A stretch of DNA of 62,754 nt, the filler included, from Circinaria calcarea (taxonomy: Eukaryota), in the NCBI GenBank assembly GCA_051942165.1. It is 18 parts of 18 records of this genome, joined end to end, with 100 filler letters (N's around TTAATTAATTAA, not from the genome) between each part and the next. Parts side by side here need not be neighbours in the genome. Positions count along the whole stretch, not along the records: positions 10,526 to 13,926 come from JAVECS010002854.1; positions 14,027 to 17,426 come from JAVECS010002855.1; positions 17,527 to 20,923 come from JAVECS010002856.1; positions 21,024 to 24,419 come from JAVECS010002857.1; 14 more parts are not named here. One strand, written 5' to 3'. Positions within the stretch are counted from its first letter, which is position 1; each line of letters opens with the position of its first letter. Positions 12,433 to 24,519 of this stretch are shown here, piece after piece. Below the pieces are notes generated by a model. That model saw only the letters and a list, made by a program, of their open reading frames with translations, was not told the DNA's origin and did not search any database. Both the position numbers and the translations under genes were made by a program.

Positions 12433-13120
12433 ATGCTGTTCATTTTCTTTATCCCGTATCTGTTTAATGCGCTCATCTTGAAGCCAACAGCTGCCACTTC
12501 ATCAACATACAATGCTAAGCCATACCACATTAATGTCCCAGATGGCACCTGGAGGTATCGCATTCTAATAACCATGGTAGGATGGCACTGTGCTAACACC
12601 TTCTTACAGTCTCAAGCCTCATTATAGCTCTGGGCACCATACAGTCCACCAGGACAGCCCCAGGTCGAGCGTCATTAGACTTAACCCATCTACATCGTCT
12701 CGGCTTACCCCTCGCACCAGCTCCCGTGTAAACATCCACAAGCGGACTAATAGGATCCAGGTGGCATTACACATGTCCCAGCGGATTGCAGGAACAGCCG
12801 TCTCTGTCCTCCTCAGCGAAGCTTACGGCGTCGTAATAGACGTTATTGAGCACATAGCAGACGGTGTCATTGTCCCTCCAGGGTTCCGTTGGACAGTCCC
12901 GAGCGGTCTCTCTATCACCACATGGAATAGTAATAATCGCGACATGACCTGGAGCGATCTTGGGGAGGTTATTGTTACCATAGCGCAGCTTATGGCTGAG
13001 CATGGCTGGGGAACAGCCGATTTTGTCATATATCAAGCATCCTTGGAGGTCGGGAGGGGAGAGATTCGCCAATCGGGGACGGGAGGATCTGGGTTGCCAC
13101 GGGCGAAGCCGCATAATTAG
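12433..13120 (+). CDS. Small putative secreted protein; exons 12433-12554, 12610-13120
   Basis: Hydrophobic N-terminus MLFIFFIPYLFNALILKPTAA; intron 12555-12609 (GTATCG..GCTAAC..CAG) joins in frame; C-terminal TWSDLGEV..LMAEHGWGTADFVI..EVGRGEI. Confidence 0.7.
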
Positions 13121-13721
13121 TATTGTTGACGCGGTTGATCGCTTGTGTGATTATCCAAAATCGTTATCTATTACTTTCCGGGTCGATGAATAAGAGCTGA
13201 AGTCAGAACAGGATATCGTTTTCTATATGACACAGGATGGCCTTTCCTGTATATCACGGAGTATAGACTATCCACTTCAAGCATGATGAGGTATCGAGGG
13301 ACGGCTGTAACGTAAACTAAAACCTACATGGTCTGCAGGGAATACAAATGTTAGCGTAGAATTTATGACAATAAATACAGCAGGTCCAAACACGCTCTAA
13401 TTCTGTTTTAAAACCTGATATGAGGTTTGAGTGATATGCTTAACATAGTTTGGTTTTTTCTGTAATTCTCATGCGGATTTGGCAGGGATTAATTGAAACA
13501 CACTAACATATATTATCCTCGCATAGTGCGCCGATCACTTTCGCCTTTCAGCCCTGTACCATACCACAAAATACCGAGAAGGCTAGAATCGTACCTCGGC
13601 ATTGACTTCCTCGCGTCTCTACAGTATACTGCATAAAGCACTGCATGAAGCACCCTACCTTGGCCAATGTAGTCCTCACTCGCCAGTTACCATGCAGACT
13701 TTGAGCCTGGTTTCCGGTACA

Positions 13722-13872
13722 ATGGCAGGTATCTACAAGCAGGCGCAATGTCGAATACCGGAATCGATTTCACTAGCTCCTCTTCGAAACTATGAAGACT
13801 TCATCACTAAGAATGCAAGCTCGGTCTCCCAAATCGAGTCTGCTTTGCGCTCCCTGACCTATATCATCCCTG
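13722..13872 (+). CDS. PEX16: Peroxin Pex16, first exon (3' truncated; alternative ATG at 13692)
   Basis: YEDFITKNASSVSQIESALRSLTYIIPG is the conserved fungal Pex16 N-terminus; GT donor at 13873 and GCTAAC branch site before the contig end. Confidence 0.85.
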
Positions 13873-14268
13873 GTGGGAGCTGAACTATCCTCTCTCGTGG
13901 CGTTTCGATTGCTAACCTAGAGCACANNNNNNNNNNNNNNNNNNNNNNNNNNNNNNNNNNNNNNNNNNNNTTAATTAATTAANNNNNNNNNNNNNNNNNN
14001 NNNNNNNNNNNNNNNNNNNNNNNNNNTCCAAAATGGTGAGAGATGTCTAAGGCGTCTAAACTTTGCTAATACGCCTGTCCAGTAATCGAGCTTCCCTCGA
14101 CACACGGGGTACCGCATCCAGTTTCCGATTTGAGCGCAGTCTCTATTTCTCCTACCGATTCAGTCCCTTAATCCGCAGTACAATGCAGATTTACTCGACC
14201 TGGAAGTCTTCTCTCACAATGCAACTTCTTTTGGGGAGGAGGCCCTCTCTGCCGGCCTCCCACTTGAT

Positions 14269-16299
14269 ATGCAACTTTTTGGGGGAGATACTATGTTTCT
14301 ATACGACCCCGTGAATACACAGCAAGGGTCATGGCCCTGTTCAGACAGTACTACCAATACTTTATTTCCAGCCATACAGAGTCCTCTCGACGCCTTGTTC
14401 CCGTCAATCGGTAACGGGCAAACTTGGACTGAGGGCCTACCAGACCCTGCTAAGCTCAAGAAGTATCACCTTCCGTCACATAATACACTGTACTTGTATG
14501 CTAATACTCTACAAAGGATGAAAACATGTATGCTGGTAAGACGCCTTGAATGGCCTGCAAGGCAAGAAGAAAAGAGCCGATCTAACCATAGCAGATTATT
14601 CGTCAACCCTTGCAAGTATTGTGACATCCAATCTATGCGACATTGCAAAAGGCCAACATCAATCATTTATTCGGACTCTACTACAAAAAATTACCGCAAA
14701 AGCACTCGATGCTTCAACGCCACCGAGCTCGTCGGGCGAAGATACTTTTGTACCGACCCTGCATTATCCTGAGTACGAGCGCCATGTTGTGCAAGAATAC
14801 GCTGACGGTACGTCCTTCAACATCACCTCTCATACCCCGAGTAATATCAATAACTCAATTCAGTCTATTTTGAAGAGTTTGAGAAGTATGTGCAGTAAAT
14901 CTCCATTATTAACATGGCCTGACACTAAATCCAGTAGGCGATATCTATTCATACCTATAAATGAATTCCACTCTTGGATGAACGCATTACTTTCACGAAA
15001 GCTTGCCGACGATAGCCCCGCTGTTCCGCTTGTCGATGCTATACTCACTATCGGTTATAGATTAACTCAAAAGCATAACGCAGACGACCCTAACCTCGCG
15101 GGCAAAGGAGCTCAGCAGTATCGGGCAGTTGGCTTGAAACCTCGATGTCAACTGATAGGGGTACAAGCTAGTATACTCACAATTCAGGTATACGGTGTAT
15201 CCAGCAAATGAGCCTCCTGTTTACTCACCGACGCGTTTCAGGCGCTCGTGGCAATGGTAGCATACACCGTCTCACTTCGTTATGACCTAGTAATTGAAAG
15301 ATGACAGACAATATCCTTCCAAGGCAGTCATGCCTCAGCAGAGCCCCTGTCATTCATTTCAGTAGCTGTTCAACACTGCCTGACCTTGAAGCTAAATCGC
15401 ATTACCGGCATTCGAAATCTTGCGAAATCGGAGGATGAGTATCAGCTTTTGCAACTTATTTTTTGGGTGGTTTATTTACTGGAAAAGCCTCTTGCAATGC
15501 GACTCGGGCGATCCTCAGTAAGACCTGCCTTCAAACCTGTCCCCCACCTACTGACTTGTCAAGTCGATAGATGACGATTTCATCGACTATTCCCCACGAA
15601 TGATTCAACACCAATCGGACCGAAGACCATTCATTTTTCTCTGTGAGCATGCGAAGCTGTGTTCCATTGTTATCAAACAACTCTACGGTTTGGCAAAATC
15701 TAAAGAACGGCGAGACGAGATGAAAGGGACCATTGACTCTTTGGATAAACTGCTGCAAGCATGGAAAGACTCTTGGTTGAAACAGCAAGAGTCGAATCAG
15801 ATAAAGTCTGGATCACAAGATTTCATGGCGTCAGCGTCTCTTTGCGAACAGAAAGCGGAAATCTGCCTAAAATACCATGAGCTCAAAGTTACCATCCACC
15901 ACAAGTAAGTCAAGAGCTCTTGTATGTCTGCCTATTACTGATCGTTGTCAATAGAGGAAAGCTCTGCGCCCAATCCGCCAGGGAACTTTTTGCGCAAGCA
16001 CATCTCTGGGAACCTAGCCCTGTATACTCGGAATGGTCAGGTGGAGTCCTAGTCCTGGGCACCCGCCATTTGCTAAGCACAAGTGCAGGCGAATCATCCA
16101 AGTGCCCATCGCGGCGTGCTGTATGTTACTGATTGATGTCTTTAGTACTACAAGATCTGAGGATTTCCGCGACAACATGGCCTTCCTCGGCATGGCCAGC
16201 GGTTGGTTTAGTCGACTAGCAACCACCACTTCATACAACATTGCTTACAATGAGCTGACGCAACTGATAGCATTGGCGCAACAACAGTGCGTACAGTAA
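14269..16299 (+). CDS. Fungal-specific transcription factor domain protein, multi-exon; 5' structure uncertain
   Basis: In-frame introns 14536-14591, 15188-15241, 15257-15307, 15518-15563, 15905-15954 and one ending ~16088; motif AVQHCLTLKLNR..IFWVVYLLEKPLAMRLGRSS|SIDDDFID. Confidence 0.7.
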
Positions 16300-16923
16300 C
16301 GCTGTCTACACCTTTGGTCGTCTACACCTTTGGTCTGCTACACAGTACCAACGGAATGTTGCAGTCCACAGAATAAAGTTCCCATGACTTGGCATACGCA
16401 ACGAATGATAGATTTGTATACATCACTTGAGCTTGGTAAACAATGTCGTGAGACACCTGCGCGACGTACGCCACGCAATGTTATGTACAGCATCTTCCTA
16501 GTACCCCAAGCTTGGTAGTCACACTGGAAGCCTCATATACCACGGAAATCATCAGCTTCAGCCCGATCGAACGGTTCTTAAAGATACCATGCGAGGAGGT
16601 AGGCATCAGCTCCACAGAGATAGCACCTCCCATATGGATGGCTGCTCGTAAATGAGAATTTTGTGTCTTTATCCAATTGTAGAATAGCCATCCGCTGTGA
16701 TGACCAACGTTGTTGACAGATGCATGGAAAGTAATAAAGGCAGTTAATTTAGATAACTACATGAACAATCACAATTAGGGTCTTTGAGGACTTTAACCGT
16801 TCCCGCACTGCAATGGCTGGCATAGCAGTGTACTTCCCAGATGCGGTCCAACACTAAATCTTCAAAAGGCGTGATCCCATTATCAATCTGGAGCACATCT
16901 AATTTATCGATTAGCTACCACCT

Positions 16924-17426
16924 CTACCCTTTGCCATCCTCTACTTCTCCCTTGACCTTGGCATCCTTTCTAGCCGGCCTTTCCCCAAAAATCACACTCC
17001 CGACTCTAACCTCGTCACTTCCACACCTGACCGCACTCTCGAAATCCTCACTCATCCCCATACTCAACTCTAGAGCGTCCCTACCCAGTGCCTCCTGCAC
17101 ATGATCCCTAACTTCCTTCAGTTTCAAAAAGTCCTCGTTCTCCTTCCCTTCCTCCTGACTCTCCTTACTCCTAGCAATTGCACCGATAGTCATCAATCCC
17201 TGTAGCTTCAGATGGGGACATTCCTCCCTGATATGCCTACACAGGCTCACCGCCTCCTCCCCCGGCTCAACTCCGCTCTTGCTCTCCTCTCCGCTCGTAT
17301 TCACCTGCACAAACACCCTCAGCTGCTCGTCCCCCTTTCCCTCCCATCCTCCCTTTTCAACAAGCGCCTTCCTCCCCTTTTCCAGTCCATCCGCCTTCCT
17401 GACCGTATCCACGCTCTCTACACACC
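16924..17426 (-). CDS. PLP homeostasis protein (YggS/PROSC/PLPBP, YBL036C-like), 5' partial
   Basis: VFVQVNTSGEESKSG, LQGLMTIG, LELSMGMSEDFESAVRCGSDEVRVGSVIFGER. Confidence 0.95.
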
Positions 17427-18142
17427 NNNNNNNNNNNNNNNNNNNNNNNNNNNNNNNNNNNNNNNNNNNNTTAATTAATTAANNNNNNNNNNNNNNNNNN
17501 NNNNNNNNNNNNNNNNNNNNNNNNNNTGACCGACGGAGTTTGAGTGCGAGGTTTACGGAACATCTTGAAGTCCGGTCACTATCAATTTTTCGCCGAGCAG
17601 CATACAAGTCATTGAGGCCATTTCCATCTGATGGGATACTGGGATTAAGAGTCTTCTCATCCACCAATTCCCCACGTAAAGGTCCCGCGCATATTCCCGC
17701 GTTTGAGCCATGACGCACTACGTAGGGCTGAAATCATGGTATTGACGGCAGTCTCCAGTTGCAGATTTGAATACTCGACATCCTACTCTGGGACATGCTC
17801 TTCTACCCTTTGGAAGTTTCCGGTGTGCGAAGTAGAAGCAGGTCTTGAGAAACAAGGCGTCTAACAGACATGAAGTACCCAAATCCTCAATCACTCCATC
17901 TGAAGCGAATCGGAGACTGCCGTCGCTAGTTGTCCTCCAAGACTGAGACTCACGGAGTAGATGGGCACCTTATAGTACCTGCAACTGATATCTGTCCTCT
18001 ACCACATATCCATTCGCCAACCCTCCCAGTTTTCCTCTGTAGTCGCCCTCCACTGTCCGCCGTAGCATTTCTACGCGCCGCCTATCCCTTGGCCTCGCAC
18101 GATAACCTATCTGCACGAGAGCGCTGTTCCGATTTGACCTTA

Positions 18143-18651
18143 TCATCGCGGCTTAGATGCTTGTTGAGCAGCCTCTGCGTTGACCATGTTAGCGCCAGTA
18201 CGATACTTTGAAGGAGCAGCAATACCTCGTCTGGTCGCATCCTCTAGCAGCGCCGTGTCGACGGCCGCACTGGGTAGATGGACATATCGAACCACACTTC
18301 CTCTAATAAAAACATTCTTCACCGATGACTAAACATGTCTCCATCAGCCCCCATCCCACTTTATCCTCCCACCACCAGACCAGGTCGGTTCGAGCTCCTC
18401 GCGCAACTGACCAAATGAGGGTATTTCAACTCTTCCACCACCTGGATGTCATCGAGCTTGATGTTCAGAAACTGATCGACCGACTTCAGGGTTCCCCGGA
18501 TCGAGATGTCATTCTTGAGTTCGACGGTGACTTCGTGGTCCACGAGCGTCTTGAAGAAACTAGGGGACAATTATTCGGGTTAGCCGGTTTCCTTGGAGAA
18601 AATCCCAAGTTTCAGTTTCACCTGCTGGGTGGGATACCTGAAGAATAGCAT
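18143..18651 (-). CDS. LSM2: U6 snRNA-associated Sm-like protein Lsm2; exons 18638-18651, 18412-18559, 18226-18328, 18143-18174
   Basis: Spliced product MLFFSFFKTLVDHEVTVELKND..YPHLSSVKNVFIRGSVVRYVHLP..LLEDATRREAAQQASKPR; three canonical introns. Confidence 0.96.
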
Positions 18652-19908
18652 GATCACGTCACTTTGCACCCCTCAATGCTGGGGATGTTCCATGGATGTC
18701 TAACTGCTAGAATATGATCTTCTCGCTGTGTCGCCGATGACCTAATGTTGCATGATCCGGCGTAGTATTGTTGTCGCTCCGAGTGCGAGGCTGCACAAGA
18801 GTGGGCGAGAAAAGGCCAGCGATCAACCAGGGCTAAGGTCTGTGCGTCGGGGGGAAAGACGGCTTGTTTGGGTGGTGTTCTCCCTCCATCGGTTGCCCTA
18901 TTTCGCGCATCCAAGACGAAGGTTCTTTGGAACGACCAAAGGGGCCTTCGCTCTCGTTTAGATACCCTCCTTTAGGGCGGCCAATCCTTCGTCTTAGCAC
19001 AGTAGTCCCGTCTGGAGCCGTCCTCTCTACGGACCCTCCCCGGTGGTTTCCCTTTCGCCAGGGCTGAGATCAGCCTTCTATCAGATTTCTACGAGATGAC
19101 ACAGCAGACTGGTCCAGTTCCAGGTCCAGGTCCAGGTCCGGCCAGATAGATAGATACTAAGCCTCAGCCCCCTTGAACGCGCAGATGATTATCCAACCTT
19201 CATGCGGCGAATGAGACGTCTCACCCACACCGCACATATCCAATAAGCAATCACCTCCCAACTCTCTACCACCTCTCCAAACCACCATCTCCCTCTGGTC
19301 AGTCTGCCTCCTGCACTCGTCGTTGCTTCTTCGGAAACAGCAGGGAGCAGAACAACTCGCGTCGATCTTTGCCGTCATCGCACCTCGCCGAGTAATGGGA
19401 ATTCCCTTCCCCAGAGAAGCCCGTAGTCACCTTGCTGAGCGAGCCAAACGTCCTATGCTGTGCCGCTCCGTCACATCGCCAAGGGCCCAGCCGAGAAAGT
19501 GAAAGGTGAGGTTCACTTTCCCGTCGATTTCCACTTCTCGGCTTCCTCGAGTAATCATCTCTCCGCCAGCTGAAGTGCTCCACTGCACTGCACCAGCATC
19601 ACTACCATTCCTCAGCATTACCAGTCATTGTCCCCGTTGACTTACGAGATCCTCTCATATTTCACTCCTTACCTCTTACACCCCTCACCTCACAGACATC
19701 CATCTCCGTATTATTACGCTTTGTAAGCCGCAGTGTCAAAGGTGATAACAAGACATCAGCCATCCTTTCTGCAGCACCAACACACACCGCAATAACATTT
19801 ACTTGTGAAATTACGAATTCGCAGTGACGCCAGCCGGCATCGGGATCGTACCTTCACCGGAACAGACCGAGATCGCCTATCGGCAGCTTGAGAGCAACAC
19901 CAGGGGCC

Positions 19909-20923
19909 ATGGCGACCTTGTCGCCCGTGGATACCGGCGGAGATTTACTGAATCATCCGTCCAACGGCAGCACCTTTGGAAGTGGTGAGTCCAGCGGTGC
20001 GCGAAGTCCACTTCATATGAACCTAGGGTTCCTCAAGAGCCTAACCGAGAAGAAAACAACGACGAGAGGTATAACAACCCCACGGTATAGCTGAAACCTG
20101 GTTTTTGACGATCTCCTAGATGGACAACCACCAAAACGAAGAGGGCCCAAACCAGATAGCAAACCCGCCCTGACCCGTCGACAAGAACTGAACAGGCAAG
20201 CCCAGAGGTGATTGTTAAGCATGCAATTCTTCAGCAGCTGTTCCACTGACTTGCTTCGGTACAGGACCCATCGCGAACGGAAAGAGATATACATCAAGGC
20301 GCTTGAAGAGCAAGTCATGCGTCTGAAGGAGAACTTCACCGGGACAATCCAAGAAAAGAACGCCATCGCGGAAGAGAATCGAAAGTTGAAAGAGTTACTC
20401 CGCATGCATGGCATCAACGACGTCAGCGTAGACGGGAACAGCAATTCCGGCGGAGCTCCGAGTACATATGGCGGGAGTGTTGCGGATAGCCGAGCCGGCA
20501 GTTATAACTTCAATCCGAGCTTCACTCCCCCTCCTTCGACTTTCTCAGGGGGCGGATCGCCAGGGATGAGCCAGGCTGTTAGAGGTGTCGGGCAACAGTA
20601 CCTCGGTGGATCGCCGCAGCAGCAGCAGCAGCAGCGTCAGCAGCAACATAACAATGGGCTGGACCATGACCAGATTGGGGTTGACTTTGTTTTAGCGTCA
20701 GTTGATCCCCGACAAGGCACTTCACGATACCTTCCACCCTCATCCCACAATTATTACTCAAGAACACAGTGAGGCTGGTCGGAGCACGGCTGACTCGACC
20801 GGGTGCGAGCAGTCTCGAACGGCCCTGTATGGATCATACGCAGTTCATGTGCGTTCGATCGCGTCAAGAGCCTGAGCCGTTTGTTTCGGGCCATGCCCTG
20901 ATGGCAACCTGCCCACCTCCGTC
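19909..20923 (+). CDS. meaB: bZIP transcription factor, MeaB-like, 3' truncated; introns 20069-20119, 20208-20264, 20697-20812
   Basis: Spliced RDGQPPKRRGPKPDSKPALTRRQELNRQAQRTHRERKEIYIKALE and GVDFVLALERPCMDH. The bZIP is clear; the MeaB name is from memory. Confidence 0.75.
20617..20634 (+). repeat. (CAG)6 poly-Gln microsatellite in the bZIP CDS
   Basis: Six CAG units read directly, followed by CGT CAG CAG CAA. Confidence 0.9.
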
Positions 20924-21866
20924 NNNNNNNNNNNNNNNNNNNNNNNNNNNNNNNNNNNNNNNNNNNNTTAATTAATTAANNNNNNNNNNNNNNNNNNNNN
21001 NNNNNNNNNNNNNNNNNNNNNNNATGGGAAGTAGGGTAGGGAGAGTGAGGGCGAGGGGTTGAGGAAGTGGGGTTGGGAAAGGGATCGGGGGGAATAATGA
21101 TGAGGGATGGATATGTTTCTTTACGGGAAAAGAGGGAGTTTTAGATGGTTGGACTGGTTATTGGGCATGCCACGCTCGTTCTGGGTTGAGATTGGATCGG
21201 AAGGAGCGAGGGCAGAGGAAAAGGCGATTAGGACGTCGGAAGCTTTTTAGTGCAATGGTCCTTGATCAGAACCATTGGTCCTTACCCCCGTCCCTACGTA
21301 TCGTTTATTCGTTACCTCTTGACATGTTCAACCTACCTGTCGCTAGCTACCTTTTGCACCGCCTCGTGCGATTTGCTCGATCAGATCTCACTGAAGCCCC
21401 AATCCGAAGACTCTTTTCCTTTTCTTTTCCCATTTTTCCTCCTTTTCCTTTGGGTTCACAAGGCCATTCATTTATTTGGGTGGGGTTTTTGTTGCCCATA
21501 CCAGCAGGTTTTACACGGAGAGCTTTATATTTTGTTGAAACGAGTTTCAAATAAGCCTGGTTTTTTTGCTGAAGCATACGGTTCTAGATGTTTTTTGTTG
21601 TTGTGGTTTACTTTTCTTTTTCTCTTCTCTTCCAGAGACCATAATGGGCTATGAAGCTGAAGGCTCGTTGTGTTCTCTTCAACTACTATGATCTGGCTAG
21701 TCAAGCTTGGAAGGTTTGGCGGCTTTTTATTATGGGCACTAGGTGTTGGGGTTGGGGTGGGGGCGCTTCGGATTAGAACACGGTTGTGGAGTTAGTATCC
21801 TCGAATATGAATCATATTAATAAGTGTTCATCCGAAGGAGACCGGAGCTGGCACTATGGTGTATTG

Positions 21867-22000
21867 TACTGTACCTTGACAGATCGGGTCGACCCTAGCG
21901 CTTACCGGAAGAACTTCTGACTGGCTGGAGCATACCTCCCTACCAATCAGAAGCTGCAATTCTTAAGTCGCGGGTCGACCCGATCTGTCAAGGTACAGTA
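21867..22000. mobile_element. MITE-like foldback element (130 bp plus TA flanks)
   Basis: Perfect 29-bp inverted repeat TACTGTACCTTGACAGATCGGGTCGACCC at 21867-21895 / 21972-22000, ending at TA. Confidence 0.78.
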
Positions 22001-22471
22001 GATGATATGTATACTCTCAGGAGAATGAGTTACTCCCAAAAGCACCCATGTAGGTAGGTAATAATTGAGAACGTAACGAGACCATGGACTTGAAGGGTTG
22101 TTGATATGATCATAGCTTGGAAATGGAGGGTTTTCCGGTTGTCCAGAGTAACATCTAGGCTTTCGTTCTTGGAGGCGTTCATGGTCAGAGCTGACCATCT
22201 CAAACCATCCGGCTTGGGATTTGTGTCGGTTGTCGTACCTTGCCATCACCACCCAAGTGGCAGACGACCTCGTGGTTGTGCCTGAGCTAGCTATATCTTC
22301 AGTCTCCGTTTAATCTTCTATTCCCTGGACTGTGCTGATAACTGCCTTCCAGCAGGGCTAGCCTTCCTCGTAGCCTGGATGGGGTGTGTAGCTTTCGTTT
22401 TGCTCTAGAGGGACTCGCGGTTCACAATTCGAAGAGAGAGTGCTTCACTCCTCAATTCGTAGTCGCTATTA

Positions 22472-22941
22472 TCAAGCCGAAGCCGTAACAAACGCCCTCA
22501 TCGCCTTGACCGCATCGCCCTCATGTGCTTTCAGCAGTTCCGTCGCTTTCGCCTTACTCAGCTCCAATTCCTCAACCTAAGCCACCCAAAATAAAAAGCA
22601 TTAGCGCTTCTTTACCCTTCACCCAGCTCCGCATCCGACTCTGAACCTACCAAAAGTGCCACATCCACCGCCTCGACCTTGACCTTCTTCTTCACCTCCG
22701 CCTCCTTTGCCTTACCCTTCTCCTTCTCCCCTCCATTCACCCCAAGCTGGCTCATAGCCTTCCCCAGCGCCTCTTGGTCCACATTGGTCTTTTGAGAGGG
22801 AGTATCTTCGTCGTCATTGCGTGCGTCGAGGGATGAAAGGGCGGCGGCGGTTTTGCGCTCTTCGGCACTGGCAGGGACGGCGGGGTTGTCGTCTTCAGGA
22901 TCGGCACCTTCGCGGATGTCTTGAGGTTGAGGTTCGGCCAT
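22472..22941 (-). CDS. HYPK-like protein (NAC/UBA-like C-terminus); exons 22651-22941, 22472-22576
   Basis: Spliced MAEPQP..SAEERKTAAALSSLD..KVEAVDVALL|VEELELSKAKATELLKAHEGDAVKAMRAFV; intron 22577-22650. Confidence 0.85.
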
Positions 22942-23378
22942 TGCGAGTGGGGATGTGAAAGATGGAGCTTGGATCAAGTAGCTGGGGTCACGGGCGTACT
23001 CATGGGAAAGCGAGGAGGCAAGCCCTGATGGTAAAAGGTGCCGGGCATGTTTGCATGGTTTTGTGCGCAACCAAAATCTGACCGTAGCTCCGAGAAATCC
23101 TTTTCCTTAGCTTCCCACAGCTTCCGCTGTTATGATTTCTCTAATTGTCCATACATTCCAACACATAAGTCTGACTCCTACATTGAATTACGACGTTCCT
23201 GTAGTATAAATGCAGTGAAAATTGTAAGCTCAGTCTACTCATACTCGGTTTCTACTTCGCGCCGTCTCATCCAAAGCACAAAGTAGTCTCATTAGTGATT
23301 TGGGGTTACCTCAATCCTGTTCAAATACTATTGTCATAATCTTCAGACACAGCCGTTTGTAGGCCTCTGAATTTCAGT

Positions 23379-24419
23379 ATGGTTCAGCATCACATTGAAG
23401 AGCCTATCGAGAAGCCGAAGCTTAGCCAACATGGGCGGTCCGCACTGGAGAGCAAACTAGTCAATGGTACTCCCAGCAGCAAGCCAACAACCACATGGAC
23501 ACCCTCGAGCTGGACTTCCAAGCCGATCAAGCAGGATGTCGTCTACCACGATCGCTCTGCTGTGGAGAAGGCTTTAGCTAAGCTCGAGAGACTACCACCT
23601 ATAGTTACGCCTACTGAAATTATCAAGCTGAGAAAAAGCCTGAAAGACGTTGCTATTGGTAAAGCGTTTCTTCTCCAGGGTGGTGATTGCGCCGAACTAT
23701 TCGACTACTGCGAAGAGAATGCCATAGAATCCAAGATCAAACTCTTGTTGCAGATGAGTTTGGTACTGATTTGGGGGGCCAACAAGCCTGTCGTTCGCAT
23801 AGCACGCATGGCAGGTCAGTATGCGAAGCCTCGCTCAAGCCCTACGGAGATGCATAACGGTAATGAGATTCCTTCATTCAGGGGCGATATTCTTAATGGT
23901 TATAATGTTGAGGACCGAACTCCAGATCCGTCCCGACTCGTGGCCGCTTACTTTCATTCCGCTAGTACCCTAAACTTCATTCGGGCTTCACTGGCCTCAG
24001 GCATTGCTGATCTCCACTCTCCCCTTGATTGGGGGCTCGGTCATGTTCGGGATGAAAGCATAAAGGCGCAGTATCAGCAAATCGTGGAGAGTATCACCGA
24101 AAGTCTACGGTTCATGCGCACCGTCGGTGCGGACAGTGCGGCGAGCGGCCTTGAGACAGTTGATTTGTACACGAGTCATGAAGGTCTCCTACTGGAATAT
24201 GAGCAGAGTCTCACAAGAAGGTTGAAACACCCACCCGAGTTTGCATCGCTTTTTCAAGAGGAGCCCGTTGACGGAAATATCGAAGATGATGGGAAGGGAT
24301 GGTACAATACTTCAGCCCATTTCCTTTGGATCGGGGATCGCACAAGACAAATCGACGGAGCTCACGTTGAATACTTTCGAGGGTTGCAGAATCCCATTGG
24401 AATCAAGGTTGGGCCTTCG
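23379..24419 (+). CDS. Class II DAHP synthase, 3' truncated
   Basis: AFLLQGGDCAELF, RMAGQYAKPRS, SFRGDILNG, YTSHEGLLLEYE, SAHFLWIGDRTRQIDGAHVEY..NPIGIKVGP. Confidence 0.97.
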
Positions 24420-24519
24420 NNNNNNNNNNNNNNNNNNNNNNNNNNNNNNNNNNNNNNNNNNNNTTAATTAATTAANNNNNNNNNNNNNNNNNNNNNNNNN
24501 NNNNNNNNNNNNNNNNNNN

